From NCBI RefSeq assembly GCF_013365455.1, contig NZ_CP046578.1, forward strand, positions 30,001-62,000: a stretch of DNA of 32,000 nt. The letters run 5' to 3'. Of this stretch, positions 11,208-21,148 are shown in pieces (positions within the stretch are counted from its first letter, which is position 1; each line of letters starts with the position of its first letter). A program made the position numbers and the translations under genes. The notes beneath the pieces were generated by a model, which saw only the letters and a program-made list of their open reading frames with translations, did not search any database and was not told where the DNA came from. The DNA is from Wolbachia endosymbiont of Dirofilaria (Dirofilaria) immitis. Lineage in GTDB: Bacteria; Pseudomonadota; Alphaproteobacteria; Rickettsiales; Anaplasmataceae.

Positions 11208-12533
11208 ATGTTTATGCAAGATAACATTCCACTCTGCAAGCGATGGATATTCTTAGCAGCATGTGCTCTTGCTTGTTCTGGGCTGCTGTCAATAATTGTT
11301 GTTTTTTTGCGATTGCCTTTTATTTCCTCTTTCATCCCCTCTGCACAATATGTTTTTGACAATGCATTAGTGATACATGTGAATTTGTCAATTTTGGTAT
11401 GGATGTGCTCTATAATATCTTTGCTTTTTATCATAAATTTACAAAACACCAATAATTGGCTTAACTTTTTGTGGGTTCTATCAACCCTTTCCATGCTACT
11501 AATGTTCGTATCCGTGTTTGTTCCAAACTCCGAAGTTATAAAAAGCAACTATATTCCCGTATTACAAAATGGATTATTTTTGTTTGGGATTAGTTTGTTT
11601 ATTGCTAGTATATTGATCAATGCGGTTCTTACTTGTGTATCAAATAAGCAAGTTTCTTGCTTTTCTGTTGGGCAAGTTGGACTGGTTATTATACTTGTGT
11701 CATCATTCTTTTGTTTTGTTCTAGCTCATAAAAACATGCCTGCAGGGCTATATCACTCAGATAAGAATTTATTTTATGAATATCTTTTTTGGGGAGGCGG
11801 ACATTTACTGCAATTTGCTTTTACTCAAGGAATGTTTTTAGTTTATTTGATAATGCTAAGTTCTAGTATCAGTCTAACTTCAAGCAATAAAATTGCTATT
11901 TTGCCACTATTTATAAATACGACCTTGGCTGTGTGTGCACCATTTATATATTTTATTTATTCGGTAAGCAGTGCTGAGTTAGTACAGTTTTTTACTTGGC
12001 ATATGAGGATTGCTGGAGCAATTCTGTCATGTTTTTTAACAATATTAGTGTATCGTAGTATAAAAAATTTGCTTAGTGATGAGAATAATTACTTACTACA
12101 CTCATTTGTGTTGTTCACCTATGGAAGCATACTTGGGGTTCTGGCTATTGAAGGAAATGTTACTATTCCTGCTCATTATCATGGTTCTATAATTGGTATT
12201 ACTATAGCTTTTATGAATTTTATTTATTGGCTATTACCGAAACTGAACTGTAAAGAGGTAAGAAATTTTGTGGTAAAATTACAGATTTATGCCTATGGAC
12301 TTGGACATTTTCTCCATATTACTGGTCTTGTTTGGCTTGGTGAATACAGTACATTAAGAAAGGTTGTGGGTTTGCCAAGCATTTCATCAATGCTAGCACG
12401 TGCCTGCTTTATTGCAGGTGGAGCTATATCAGTTATTGGTGGGATGTTGTTTGTAGTGATTGTGCTTCTATCTTTGCTTAAAGGCGGGGGGCGTAACTTG
12501 TGCTGCTTAGTAACTCATAAAAAGATTCTTTAA
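11208..12533 (+). CDS. Heme-copper oxidase subunit I-like (CcoN/NorB-like) membrane protein
   Basis: 441 aa, roughly 12-TM ORF. Histidines are spaced like heme/CuB ligands: VIHVNLSILVWM, FWGGGHLLQF and VTIPAHYHGSIIGITIAFMNFIYWLLPKL. No oxidase subunit II/III gene is adjacent. Confidence 0.65.
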   Translation: MFMQDNIPLCKRWIFLAACALACSGLLSIIVVFLRLPFISSFIPSAQYVFDNALVIHVNLSILVWMCSIISLLFIINLQNTNNWLNFLWVLSTLSMLLMFVSVFVPNSEVIKSNYIPVLQNGLFLFGISLFIASILINAVLTCVSNKQVSCFSVGQVGLVIILVSSFFCFVLAHKNMPAGLYHSDKNLFYEYLFWGGGHLLQFAFTQGMFLVYLIMLSSSISLTSSNKIAILPLFINTTLAVCAPFIYFIYSVSSAELVQFFTWHMRIAGAILSCFLTILVYRSIKNLLSDENNYLLHSFVLFTYGSILGVLAIEGNVTIPAHYHGSIIGITIAFMNFIYWLLPKLNCKEVRNFVVKLQIYAYGLGHFLHITGLVWLGEYSTLRKVVGLPSISSMLARACFIAGGAISVIGGMLFVVIVLLSLLKGGGRNLCCLVTHKKIL

Positions 12534-13044
12534 TAGGTTTCTTGCTAGCTCTATTAGCATGATAATAGAGCTATTTAGTTATCTTTAACCTTTGGTTGAA
12601 TGATAAAATTATTGCTTAGTTGGTGCCTTATATTTTATTTATACAAGCTGAAATATACTTGTGGATGTTAAAGACATTATAGAATACTGATTTGTAGGAT
12701 TAGAGAGTGAATGGCTATCTATTATTGCGTTGTAAGTTTTTTTGTCTTTTTTTTTAAGCATTTAAATCAGGGTGTCTGCTGCAGTTTAAGAATTGCTAGA
12801 TCGCAGCGTCTAAGGACTTAGAAAAACGCTAGAAGTAGATACTAGATAGAAATTTCTTCTACCTTTTTCCACTTATTAGATCTCTCAGTGTTTATGGTTA
12901 AGGCAATTTAATGGTGTCTGAGTTATGGTGTTACGAAGAACACGATATTTTAAATATTGACTTTTTTCTAGGTTATATAAGAAGTCTAATTGCAATTATT
13001 GACCATTTAAGTATAATTTGCTGAGATTTATGTAGACCTTGTAG

Positions 13045-13545
13045 ATGAGAGAAAAAGAAAAGGAGTTTAGTTTTACGTCAGAGAACCTTGAAAAGGCAAA
13101 GAAGTTTATAGAAATGTATCCGAAAGGTAGGCAAGGTAGTGCTGTTATGCCTTTGCTATACCTGATTCAAGAACAATGTGGATGGGTTCCTAGGTCTGCA
13201 ATGCACTACGTTGCTGACATGCTTTATATTCCACATATTCGTGTATATGAGGTGGCAAATTTTTATACTATGTATAATTTAAAACCAATTGGTAAATACC
13301 TTATACAAGTTTGTAGAACAACTCCTTGTTGGTTGTGTAGTAGCGAAGAAATTCTGGATACCTTTAAAAGGAAACTTGGAATTGATATTGGTGGGACCAC
13401 TAAAGATAATCTTTTTTCTTTGAAGGAAGTTGAATGTCTTGGTGCATGTGTTGGTGCTCCTGTTGTGCAAATCAATAATGATTTTTATGAAAATCTTACT
13501 CCTCAAAAGGTAGAGAACATCATAACAGAACTTTTAAATAAATAG
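13045..13545 (+). CDS. nuoE: NADH-quinone oxidoreductase subunit E (24 kDa, 2Fe-2S)
   Basis: 166 aa ORF with AMHYVADMLYIPHIRVYEVANFYTMY, VCRTTPCWLC and KEVECLGACVGAPVVQIN. Confidence 0.95.
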   Translation: MREKEKEFSFTSENLEKAKKFIEMYPKGRQGSAVMPLLYLIQEQCGWVPRSAMHYVADMLYIPHIRVYEVANFYTMYNLKPIGKYLIQVCRTTPCWLCSSEEILDTFKRKLGIDIGGTTKDNLFSLKEVECLGACVGAPVVQINNDFYENLTPQKVENIITELLNK

Positions 13546-14763
13546 ATGAAAAGAGAGTTTTCATTTAAAATAACCAAGCAGTTAGGTTCTGCAAGGGTTG
13601 GCATTATTGAAACTCCAAGTGGAAATATAGAAACACCAGCATTTATATTTTGTGCAACAAAAGCTGCAATTAAAGTTGCAGATATCGAAAGAGTCAGTGA
13701 AGCTGGTACTCAGGTAATACTATCTAATACCTATCACCTAATGCTCCAACCAGGAGAGGATACTGTAGAAAAACTTGGTGGTTTGCACAAGATGATGGGA
13801 TGGAGTGGGCCAATGCTAACTGATTCTGGTGGGTACCAGATATTTAGTTTGGGATGTGGATCAGTTTCACAAGAGATAAAGGGAATAAAAAAAAAACAAA
13901 AAACTCTAGTCAAAATTAATGAGGATGGAGCAATTTTTCGTTCTTATATTAATGGTAAAAATTATTGTCTAACTCCTGAAAAATCTATGCAAATTCAACA
14001 AAAGTTAGGCGCAGATTTAATTTTAGTTTTGGATGAATGCACTCCATTTCACGTTAGCAAAGAGTATACACAAAAATCGATGCTTATGAGCTGTAAATGG
14101 TCTGAGCGTTCTTTAAATGAGTTTAAAAAAAATGATAATGGAAAACAAGCACTATATGGAATTAGCCAAGGCGGAGTATATCAAGATTTGCGTAGAGAAA
14201 GTTGTGATTTTGTTAATAATTTGCCATTTTTTGGTCAAGCAATAGGTGGGTCGCTTGGTCAGAGTAAAGAGCAAATGTATGATGTAGTGTCTTTTACTAT
14301 GGAGCATTTGAAAAAAACAAAGCCTACTCATTTGCTTGGTATTGGTGGAATTATGGATATCTTTCGTGCAGTAGAACTTGGAATTGACACGTTTGACTGT
14401 GTATATCCGACTCGTTTAGCAAGGCATGGTGGTGCGCTTATTAAAGTAAGAAATAGAAATTCTATTATTTCGAAGTGCAAAGAGTATATTAATTTGCGTA
14501 ATCAACAATTTAAGCTAGACAATAGTCCAATTGAAAGTGACTGTTTATGTTTCACTTGTAGAAAGCATTCGAGAGCATATATACACCATTTGTTAAAAGC
14601 TAAAGAACTACTAGCCTGCACTCTTATTACTATTCACAATGTTTTTTTTATGAATGAACTAATGAGATCAATAAGACAAGCGATATTGAACAGTAAACTG
14701 AGTCAGGAAAAGAATAATTGGGTTAGTGGAGTACCATCATTTTATAACCTTATTTCTTCTTAA
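13546..14763 (+). CDS. tgt: tRNA-guanine transglycosylase
   Basis: 405 aa ORF starting directly after the nuoE stop. It has SNTYHLMLQPG, MLTDSGGYQIFSLG, ALYGISQGGVYQDLR, GGSLGQSKEQMY and the zinc site CLCFTCRKHSRAYIHHL. Confidence 0.96.
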   Translation: MKREFSFKITKQLGSARVGIIETPSGNIETPAFIFCATKAAIKVADIERVSEAGTQVILSNTYHLMLQPGEDTVEKLGGLHKMMGWSGPMLTDSGGYQIFSLGCGSVSQEIKGIKKKQKTLVKINEDGAIFRSYINGKNYCLTPEKSMQIQQKLGADLILVLDECTPFHVSKEYTQKSMLMSCKWSERSLNEFKKNDNGKQALYGISQGGVYQDLRRESCDFVNNLPFFGQAIGGSLGQSKEQMYDVVSFTMEHLKKTKPTHLLGIGGIMDIFRAVELGIDTFDCVYPTRLARHGGALIKVRNRNSIISKCKEYINLRNQQFKLDNSPIESDCLCFTCRKHSRAYIHHLLKAKELLACTLITIHNVFFMNELMRSIRQAILNSKLSQEKNNWVSGVPSFYNLISS

Positions 14764-16222
14764 GTTTTCTTTTTATGCTGTTAGCTTTTTTTCTTATTAT
14801 TTTTCTATTACTTTTACAGGTGGTATTGTGACTGATAAAATTGTGAAGTGAAAATATGACTAAAGGGATGATGCTTTATTAGTAGCTGATTTTAATAATA
14901 TTGCTATTGATTGGATACATGCAGTTATTTTGCTGGTAGATAGAGAAAGATTGTGATTTTAGAAAATAGAGTTACTGATGATATAGAGGGATTTTTAAAG
15001 GATGAAGGTAGAATAAAAGTGAGGAGGAGCTAAAGCCTGTGTTACATTCGCGCTTTTAAGTCAAAGAAAGTCTAATGTTCTGTACATCTACAAGGTGTTT
15101 AGATGCTATGAAAGAGTAACGGGAAGGTTATTTAGACTTGTCAAGAAAACTCGCAGACAACAGAGTTAAGTTAGAAAAATTTATGTATCTATAAGGCAGT
15201 TATAGAACATAAAAACACAAGCTGGTCAGGCAAAAAACTTGATATTAGTTAATGATAGTGTGAATAACATAAAGAAAAATTGACGAAATTATTAAGTCAA
15301 TGATTAAAAGAAAAGGATAGTTTAAAAAAAATAGGCTGAATATTGAAGAGATACAAGAAATCTAATTTTGATGATGTGTAGGCAATATATAAACAGGAAT
15401 AGTAAAGTGTGTAGTAAATGCCTAGTTGTCTAAAAAATATAGGAATTTATTAGTACCAACTTGGTGTAAGAAGAACATGTATACTAAAATCTTTAGGTGT
15501 TCATTATTTGAAGAAAAGTTGTTGCTATCGTTGTTGTTCACTAAGAAAAGGAAATTGAATGATAGTAAAGTATGTGCATTATCTGAAGCACAAACCAGGA
15601 CCAATACATTTAAAACATATGTGATGGGTGGTACTTGACTTTTTAACAAATCAATCTATCTAAAGAATTATCACTAAGTAATAATACGTGTACTTAAATT
15701 ATTTCTCTTAACATGGGATTTTAAGGCAACCTAAGCTTTTTTTGAAAATTGTGCTCAAGAAATGATATACTACTTGTAGTTTTTGAAAAAAAGGGAGAAA
15801 TAACGAGAATTAAAAAACAAGGCAATAGGGGTAAGTAGGAGGAGGAAAGTAAAGTTATTGTTAAAGAGAATAAATTAGCGAATGCTCTGAGAAATGATTC
15901 GCAAAAGAAAAATATGGTTTAAACAGAAGATAGCTACTACTATTATTTCTTGAAAGCCATATAGGGAAATGAAAACAGATGGTAAAGCTAGAGGGCTATT
16001 GAAAGGAAAGCGATCATTTAGTGGTACGTTGCTTCAACTATGTTATGTATTGAAATATATGTATGGACAAATTGGAAAAACTTGTCTAAGTTGAGTTATA
16101 TAGAAGAGTAAGGGCATCTATTTCCTTATTTCTGTATTATATAATATGTAGAACTTAATTTACGAAAAAGTGGAACTTTTTCTATAATTTAAGTACAATT
16201 CAAGCTTTGCCTAAGCAGAAAG

Positions 16223-17731
16223 ATGAATTATTTAATCGACTATGTTTTAATGTCTCTTTCCTTGCCATTTTTTATTACTGAAAATTATTTGTTAATTACT
16301 GCACTGATTCCACTGTTTGGCGCAGTGATTATCTTTTTTACTGGCAAATGGCCTATGATAAATAACAGTATTACTGTTATCTCTTCTATGTTTCTATTTA
16401 CGTATACGTGTCTGTGTACTTTATATTGGATATATAGTGATCATTCTCAATTTATCCTCATAGATTTTGGCAATAATTTGCATATTAGTTTAAAGCTAGA
16501 GTCTACAGGGGTAATATTTAGTCTATTAATATCGTTTTTATGGATATTAACTAGCATATACGCAGTATGCTATATGAAGAGTAACTATCCTGGTAGTAAT
16601 TACTCGAGTTTCTTATGTTTTTTTTCAGTATCGATTAGCTGTGTGATGTTCATTGCTTTTTCTGGTGATTTGCTTGCCACATTTGTTTTTTATGAGCTTT
16701 TAACTATTAGTACCTATCCTCTAATTACCTATAGTGCAACAAATGAATCAATAATAGCTGGACGCTATTATTTTGGTATGCTATTTTTTTCCTCCTTGAT
16801 ATTATTTTTTCCTGCTCTTGGTCTCTTATATAGTGAATTTCATACTTTAGACTTTGTAAGCGATGGAGTATTTAAATTTGACACCTCACTCATCACTTTT
16901 ACTACAGTATGTTTTACGATGCTGATTTATGGAATAGGTAAAGCTGCATTAATGCCAATGCATTTTTGGTTGCCTAAAGCAATGGTTGCACCGACTCCTG
17001 TGAGTGCACTGCTGCATGCTGTTGCTGTTGTAAAATCTGGGGCTTTCATTATCATAAAAGTCATATTCTGCATTTTTGGTATCGGTAATCTGCAACTCTT
17101 TGCACAACAAAATTGGTTTATTGGAGGATGGCTACCATATGTTGCTGGGTTCACTATTATTACTGCTTCATTAATTGCACTTAAGCAGAAAGAATTGAAA
17201 AAGTTGCTTGCTTACTCTACTGTTTCTCAATTATCATATATTACACTGTCTGCTTCAATTCTTAGCGACCTCAGTGCAAAGGTTGCAGTTTTTCAGTTAG
17301 TTTGTCATGCGTTTGCAAAAATCACTTTATTTTTTGTTGCAGGTAGTATAGTAACAGAAACGGGTGAGAAATATGTGGATAGAATTCATGGCATAGGGCG
17401 TAGTATGCCAATTACTATGGTAGCATTTACTGTAGGTGCATTGTCTATGATAGGGGTGCCGCCTGCTCCAACTTTTTGGGGTAAATTTTTCATTTTTCAA
17501 GCTGTTTTTAACTCCGGTAATGTATCACTTATTGTGTTTATTACTCTTCTGTTAATTATAAGCACTGTACTCAATGCTATGTGCTTTTTACCAATAATTT
17601 ACAATGCTTTTTTCTTAAAACCTTCTCGAAGGTTTTTCATTAAAAAGACACCTATTTTTTTAGTTTTACCGCCGGTTATTACTGCAATATGTACTTTTAT
17701 TATTTTCTTTAGTTACCAGATAATATTTTAA
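16223..17731 (+). CDS. Proton-conducting antiporter subunit, MrpD/NuoM/NuoN family
   Basis: 502 aa multi-TM ORF. FVFYELLTISTYPLI holds the TM5-type Glu. GKAALMPMHFWLPKAMVAPTPVSALLHAVAVVKSGAF holds the conserved Lys residues. No other subunit gene is adjacent. Confidence 0.85.
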   Translation: MNYLIDYVLMSLSLPFFITENYLLITALIPLFGAVIIFFTGKWPMINNSITVISSMFLFTYTCLCTLYWIYSDHSQFILIDFGNNLHISLKLESTGVIFSLLISFLWILTSIYAVCYMKSNYPGSNYSSFLCFFSVSISCVMFIAFSGDLLATFVFYELLTISTYPLITYSATNESIIAGRYYFGMLFFSSLILFFPALGLLYSEFHTLDFVSDGVFKFDTSLITFTTVCFTMLIYGIGKAALMPMHFWLPKAMVAPTPVSALLHAVAVVKSGAFIIIKVIFCIFGIGNLQLFAQQNWFIGGWLPYVAGFTIITASLIALKQKELKKLLAYSTVSQLSYITLSASILSDLSAKVAVFQLVCHAFAKITLFFVAGSIVTETGEKYVDRIHGIGRSMPITMVAFTVGALSMIGVPPAPTFWGKFFIFQAVFNSGNVSLIVFITLLLIISTVLNAMCFLPIIYNAFFLKPSRRFFIKKTPIFLVLPPVITAICTFIIFFSYQIIF

Positions 17732-17763
17732 AGTATCTACCTTCTTGCTTTTAAACTGTAATT

Positions 17764-18687
17764 TTATTGTAGGTTGGCATCTAGACTTAGGTTAATTATC
17801 GAAACATGCTCTTCGTCAAAACCTATGTCTTCTACTGACATACTATCAGTGACATTTAAAAGTTCCGGTGGAGAAATAATAGTTCTTTTATTGTTAGTTC
17901 TCATTCCTATGGCTCCAAGCTCTATGGCAAGTGGTACCTTTTTATCACCAACTTTAAACTGTATTGTTTGGTTTTTGATTATATATTCACCATCATGCCT
18001 CATTATGCTATATTTAATCGATATTTTGTCACCGCACTTTACTTGTTTTCCAGTTTTATTAATTAAGTCATCAAAAATCATCATATTATTTACTGGATCA
18101 GGGTATCTATCTTTTACTTTAAGTAGTTTAACATAATAAGAACTAAAGTTCATTTGGTTATCATTAGTAATACTGTTTACAGTAACTACACGTTCTCCCC
18201 CTTCCTTCATGCCTATTATTCCTAAACCTAACTCTTTCCAGTTGTTTTGACCTATTCTAAAAGAAACATTAAAGACTTGATTCAAAAGTGGCATTGTTAG
18301 ATTATTAGGTATTTTGTATACTTGTAGTAGAATTTCTTGGCCACATAAAGCTTTGCTGCCATTACCTTCTTTGATTTCATAAAAGCTTGTCATATTTTTT
18401 TCTCTTTTCTGTTGTGTTATTTCTTCTAAGTATTCTGCTAGGCCATGCTTTTTAATATAATGGTCAAGTGCTGATTCAAATATTGGTTTCACTAAGTAGT
18501 ATGCTATTGTCTGTATTAAGCCATCGTGTATGGTGTTTATCTCATAAAGCTTATCCTGTTTTTCTGGTTTGCCTTTATTTATGTGTATTATAATAAACAC
18601 AAAAGCGGAAGTTAAAGTAAAAATTATTACCATGGAAACAAGCAGCTGTAATACAATTTTTCTAATCATCTTTTTTACTTGATTCAA
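17764..18687 (-). CDS. Membrane-anchored protein with two divergent FKBP-like domains, function unknown
   Basis: 307 aa ORF with one N-terminal TM (LLVSMVIIFTLTSAFVFIIIHI). It has two FKBP-like half-motifs: (1) GQEILLQVYKI...WKELGLGIIGMKEGGERVVTV and (2) GDKISIKYSIMRHDGEYI...VPLAIELGAIGMRTNNKRTIISPPEL. The listed start is TTG; an internal ATG (MIRKIV) is an alternative. Confidence 0.5.
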   Translation of the reverse strand: MNQVKKMIRKIVLQLLVSMVIIFTLTSAFVFIIIHINKGKPEKQDKLYEINTIHDGLIQTIAYYLVKPIFESALDHYIKKHGLAEYLEEITQQKREKNMTSFYEIKEGNGSKALCGQEILLQVYKIPNNLTMPLLNQVFNVSFRIGQNNWKELGLGIIGMKEGGERVVTVNSITNDNQMNFSSYYVKLLKVKDRYPDPVNNMMIFDDLINKTGKQVKCGDKISIKYSIMRHDGEYIIKNQTIQFKVGDKKVPLAIELGAIGMRTNNKRTIISPPELLNVTDSMSVEDIGFDEEHVSIINLSLDANLQ

Positions 18688-18803
18688 TAAGTTATATAGT
18701 ATAGATGATTAGTATCTTCTAGAAGTTTGCTTAGCTTATCCAAAGTTTGTTTAAAGAGGCTATCTGTATAGTCTTCTGCCTTACTTTTATCGAACGCAGA
18801 CAT
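18684..18803 (-). other. Small ORF or remnant immediately upstream of the 307-aa FKBP-like ORF
   Basis: ATG-initiated 39 aa frame MSAFDKSKAEDYTDSLFKQTLDKLSKLLEDTNHLYYITY*. Its TGA overlaps the TTG start of the downstream ORF. Confidence 0.4.
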
Positions 18804-19613
18804 TAAATTATTACCTTATCTTGTGTGTAGTCTTTAATATTATCCTCAACTTGAAAGATGAGCTCTAGATTTATCTTGTAGTTATATAATGCTCTATGTT
18901 GTTTGTTATATCTTCTACTATAGCACCTATTCTATTTCATGTGAAGGTGCAAATAGTTTTATGGTTTCCGTCAGAATAAATTTCTTTTATTTTACCAAAG
19001 TTTTTATTAATACATAAAACTTGTTGCTCTCTACTATTATTCATTTGTTCCTACAGTCTGAGAGAGTGCTTTTATGGTTTCACAGCGCTTATTACTATCT
19101 TACTTAGTGAAGATAGCATTTCGAAAGTAAGGGTAAGGAGCATATCTCTAGCAAGCACTGCTGTTGCTTTGTTAAATTTCTTGTGGCGGCTAGTTTGTTT
19201 TTATGATTATCTCTGTTATCTATATACGGTAGATTTTTATGAATTGGGGCATAGGTGTAGATACATTTAACTACCATAGTAATATTAATATTACTTTCTC
19301 AGCTTCTATATCAAACTCTTGTGATGAAGCTATAATGAAAAATAAGTGTACGTATTTTAACGGGGGCAAAAGCAGCATTGCTGATATGAGCTTATTTTTG
19401 CTATCCTTAGGTAAAATTTTATCTACTTCTGCAATCAGGAATTTTTTATTGATGTGCTAGCATTTTTGAATTTATTAATCTTCTAGCATATAGTGCTGAA
19501 GTGTACTTTAGCTGGAGTAGTAAAAGCTTTATGATAGTTTGTCGATTATAAAAGGTATTGCAAACATAAAGATTTTTTATAACATCAAGGGATAGGTTTT
19601 TTTTTGGTAAAAA

Positions 19614-19886
19614 ATGGATAGAGAACTAGCAAAAAGTACTAGAGAAAACATAGCAGAAAAAGTAAAAAAGATTGTGCTGGAGCATATTAGTAAGGATGTG
19701 GAGAGATTTAACAGTTCTTCGAAGCTTTCAGATCATGGCGCAGATAGTTTAGATGCAGTTGAGATAATTATGGCAGCAGAAGAGGAGTTTGGAATAGAAA
19801 TTCCAGATGAAGATGCACAAAAAATGGAAACTATGGAACAAATAGTTGAGTATGTGGTGAAAAAGCAAATAGTTAACAGTAAATGA
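19614..19886 (+). CDS. acpP: Acyl carrier protein
   Basis: 90 aa ORF with the phosphopantetheine site GADSLDAVEIIMAAEEEFGIEIPDEDA. It overlaps fabF by 4 nt. Confidence 0.96.
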   Translation: MDRELAKSTRENIAEKVKKIVLEHISKDVERFNSSSKLSDHGADSLDAVEIIMAAEEEFGIEIPDEDAQKMETMEQIVEYVVKKQIVNSK

Positions 19887-21148
19887 ACAGAAGAGTAATA
19901 GTTACTGGTATTGGCTTAATTACTCCATTGGCAACAGATGTTGAAAGTACTTGGCTTAAGTTGATAGATAGTAAGTCTGGTGTAAAGGGGATTAGCAGGT
20001 TTGATACTTCTGATCTTGCTTGCAAGGTTGCAGGACAAGTTCCTCTACAACATGATAACATTGAACACTGCTTTAACTTACTAGATTATATTTCTGAAAA
20101 AGACCTAAAGAGGACAGATCGCTTTATTCACTACGGTATTGCCGCTGCCATTCAGGCGGTGAACGATTCGCTAATTTTGGAAAGCCAGAATATTAATCGA
20201 GAACGTGTTGGTGTTACTGTTGGCTCTGGTATAGGTGGCCTTCCATCAATTCAAGAAAATGTAATTACTATGCAGGAAAAGGGTCCTAGGCGTGTTAGTC
20301 CATTTTTTGTTCCTGCAAGTTTAATAAATCTAATATCTGGTCATATCTCTATTAAATACAAATTCATGGGCCCAAACGATTCAGCAGTAACTGCATGTGC
20401 AACAGGTGCACATGCGATAATAAATTCAGCAAGAACTATAAAGCTTGGTGAAGCAGATGTGATGATTGCAGGTGGATCAGAAAGTGCACTGTGTAGAGTT
20501 GGAATTGCAGGTTTTACATCTATGAAGGCGCTGTCGACTAAATTTAATGATAAACCTGAAGAAGCTTCAAGACCATGGGATAAAGAACGTGATGGATTTG
20601 TTATGGGCGAAGGAGCAGGTATATTAGTTTTAGAAGAGTATGAACATGCAAGAAAGAGAGAGGCAAAGGTATATGCTGAACTGGTTGGATATGGACTAAC
20701 AGGGGATGCACATCACATTACATCACCACATTCAGAAGGGAGAGGTGCATTTAAAGCAATGCAAATTGCCTTGAAGAGTGCGCGAATTAATCCAAGTCAA
20801 ATTGGATATATCAATGCACATGGCACTTCAACACTGCTTGGAGATAAAATTGAGGTGATAGCAATAAAACAGTTGTTTGGTGAACATGCTTATAAAGTGC
20901 CAGTTTCTTCTACTAAGTCTTCTATAGGGCACTTGCTTGGTGCTGCAGGGAGTGTTGAAGCAATATTCAGTATCCTTGCATTAAATAACGGAATTGCTCC
21001 ACCAACTTTAAATTTACACAAGCCTTCAGAAGGATGTGATTTGAATTTTGTACCGTTTAAAGCTCAAGAACACAAAATCCAATATGTACTTTCTAATTCA
21101 TTTGGCTTTGGTGGCACTAATGCATCACTCATCTTTGGACAAGTATGA
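19883..21148 (+). CDS. fabF: Beta-ketoacyl-ACP synthase II
   Basis: 421 aa ORF with the full catalytic set: VTACATGAHAI (Cys), INAHGTSTLLGD (His), KSSIGHLLGAAG (Lys/His) and NSFGFGGTNAS. Confidence 0.96.
   Translation: MNRRVIVTGIGLITPLATDVESTWLKLIDSKSGVKGISRFDTSDLACKVAGQVPLQHDNIEHCFNLLDYISEKDLKRTDRFIHYGIAAAIQAVNDSLILESQNINRERVGVTVGSGIGGLPSIQENVITMQEKGPRRVSPFFVPASLINLISGHISIKYKFMGPNDSAVTACATGAHAIINSARTIKLGEADVMIAGGSESALCRVGIAGFTSMKALSTKFNDKPEEASRPWDKERDGFVMGEGAGILVLEEYEHARKREAKVYAELVGYGLTGDAHHITSPHSEGRGAFKAMQIALKSARINPSQIGYINAHGTSTLLGDKIEVIAIKQLFGEHAYKVPVSSTKSSIGHLLGAAGSVEAIFSILALNNGIAPPTLNLHKPSEGCDLNFVPFKAQEHKIQYVLSNSFGFGGTNASLIFGQV

Noticed and set aside
11177-11548. 123 aa minus-strand ORF opposite the start of the oxidase-like gene
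   Set aside because: It is antisense to a convincing 441 aa membrane protein ORF and has no recognisable domain. It is a shadow ORF.
19873-20061. Minus-strand ORF at the acpP/fabF junction
   Set aside because: It is antisense to the start of fabF, whose catalytic motifs are all intact.
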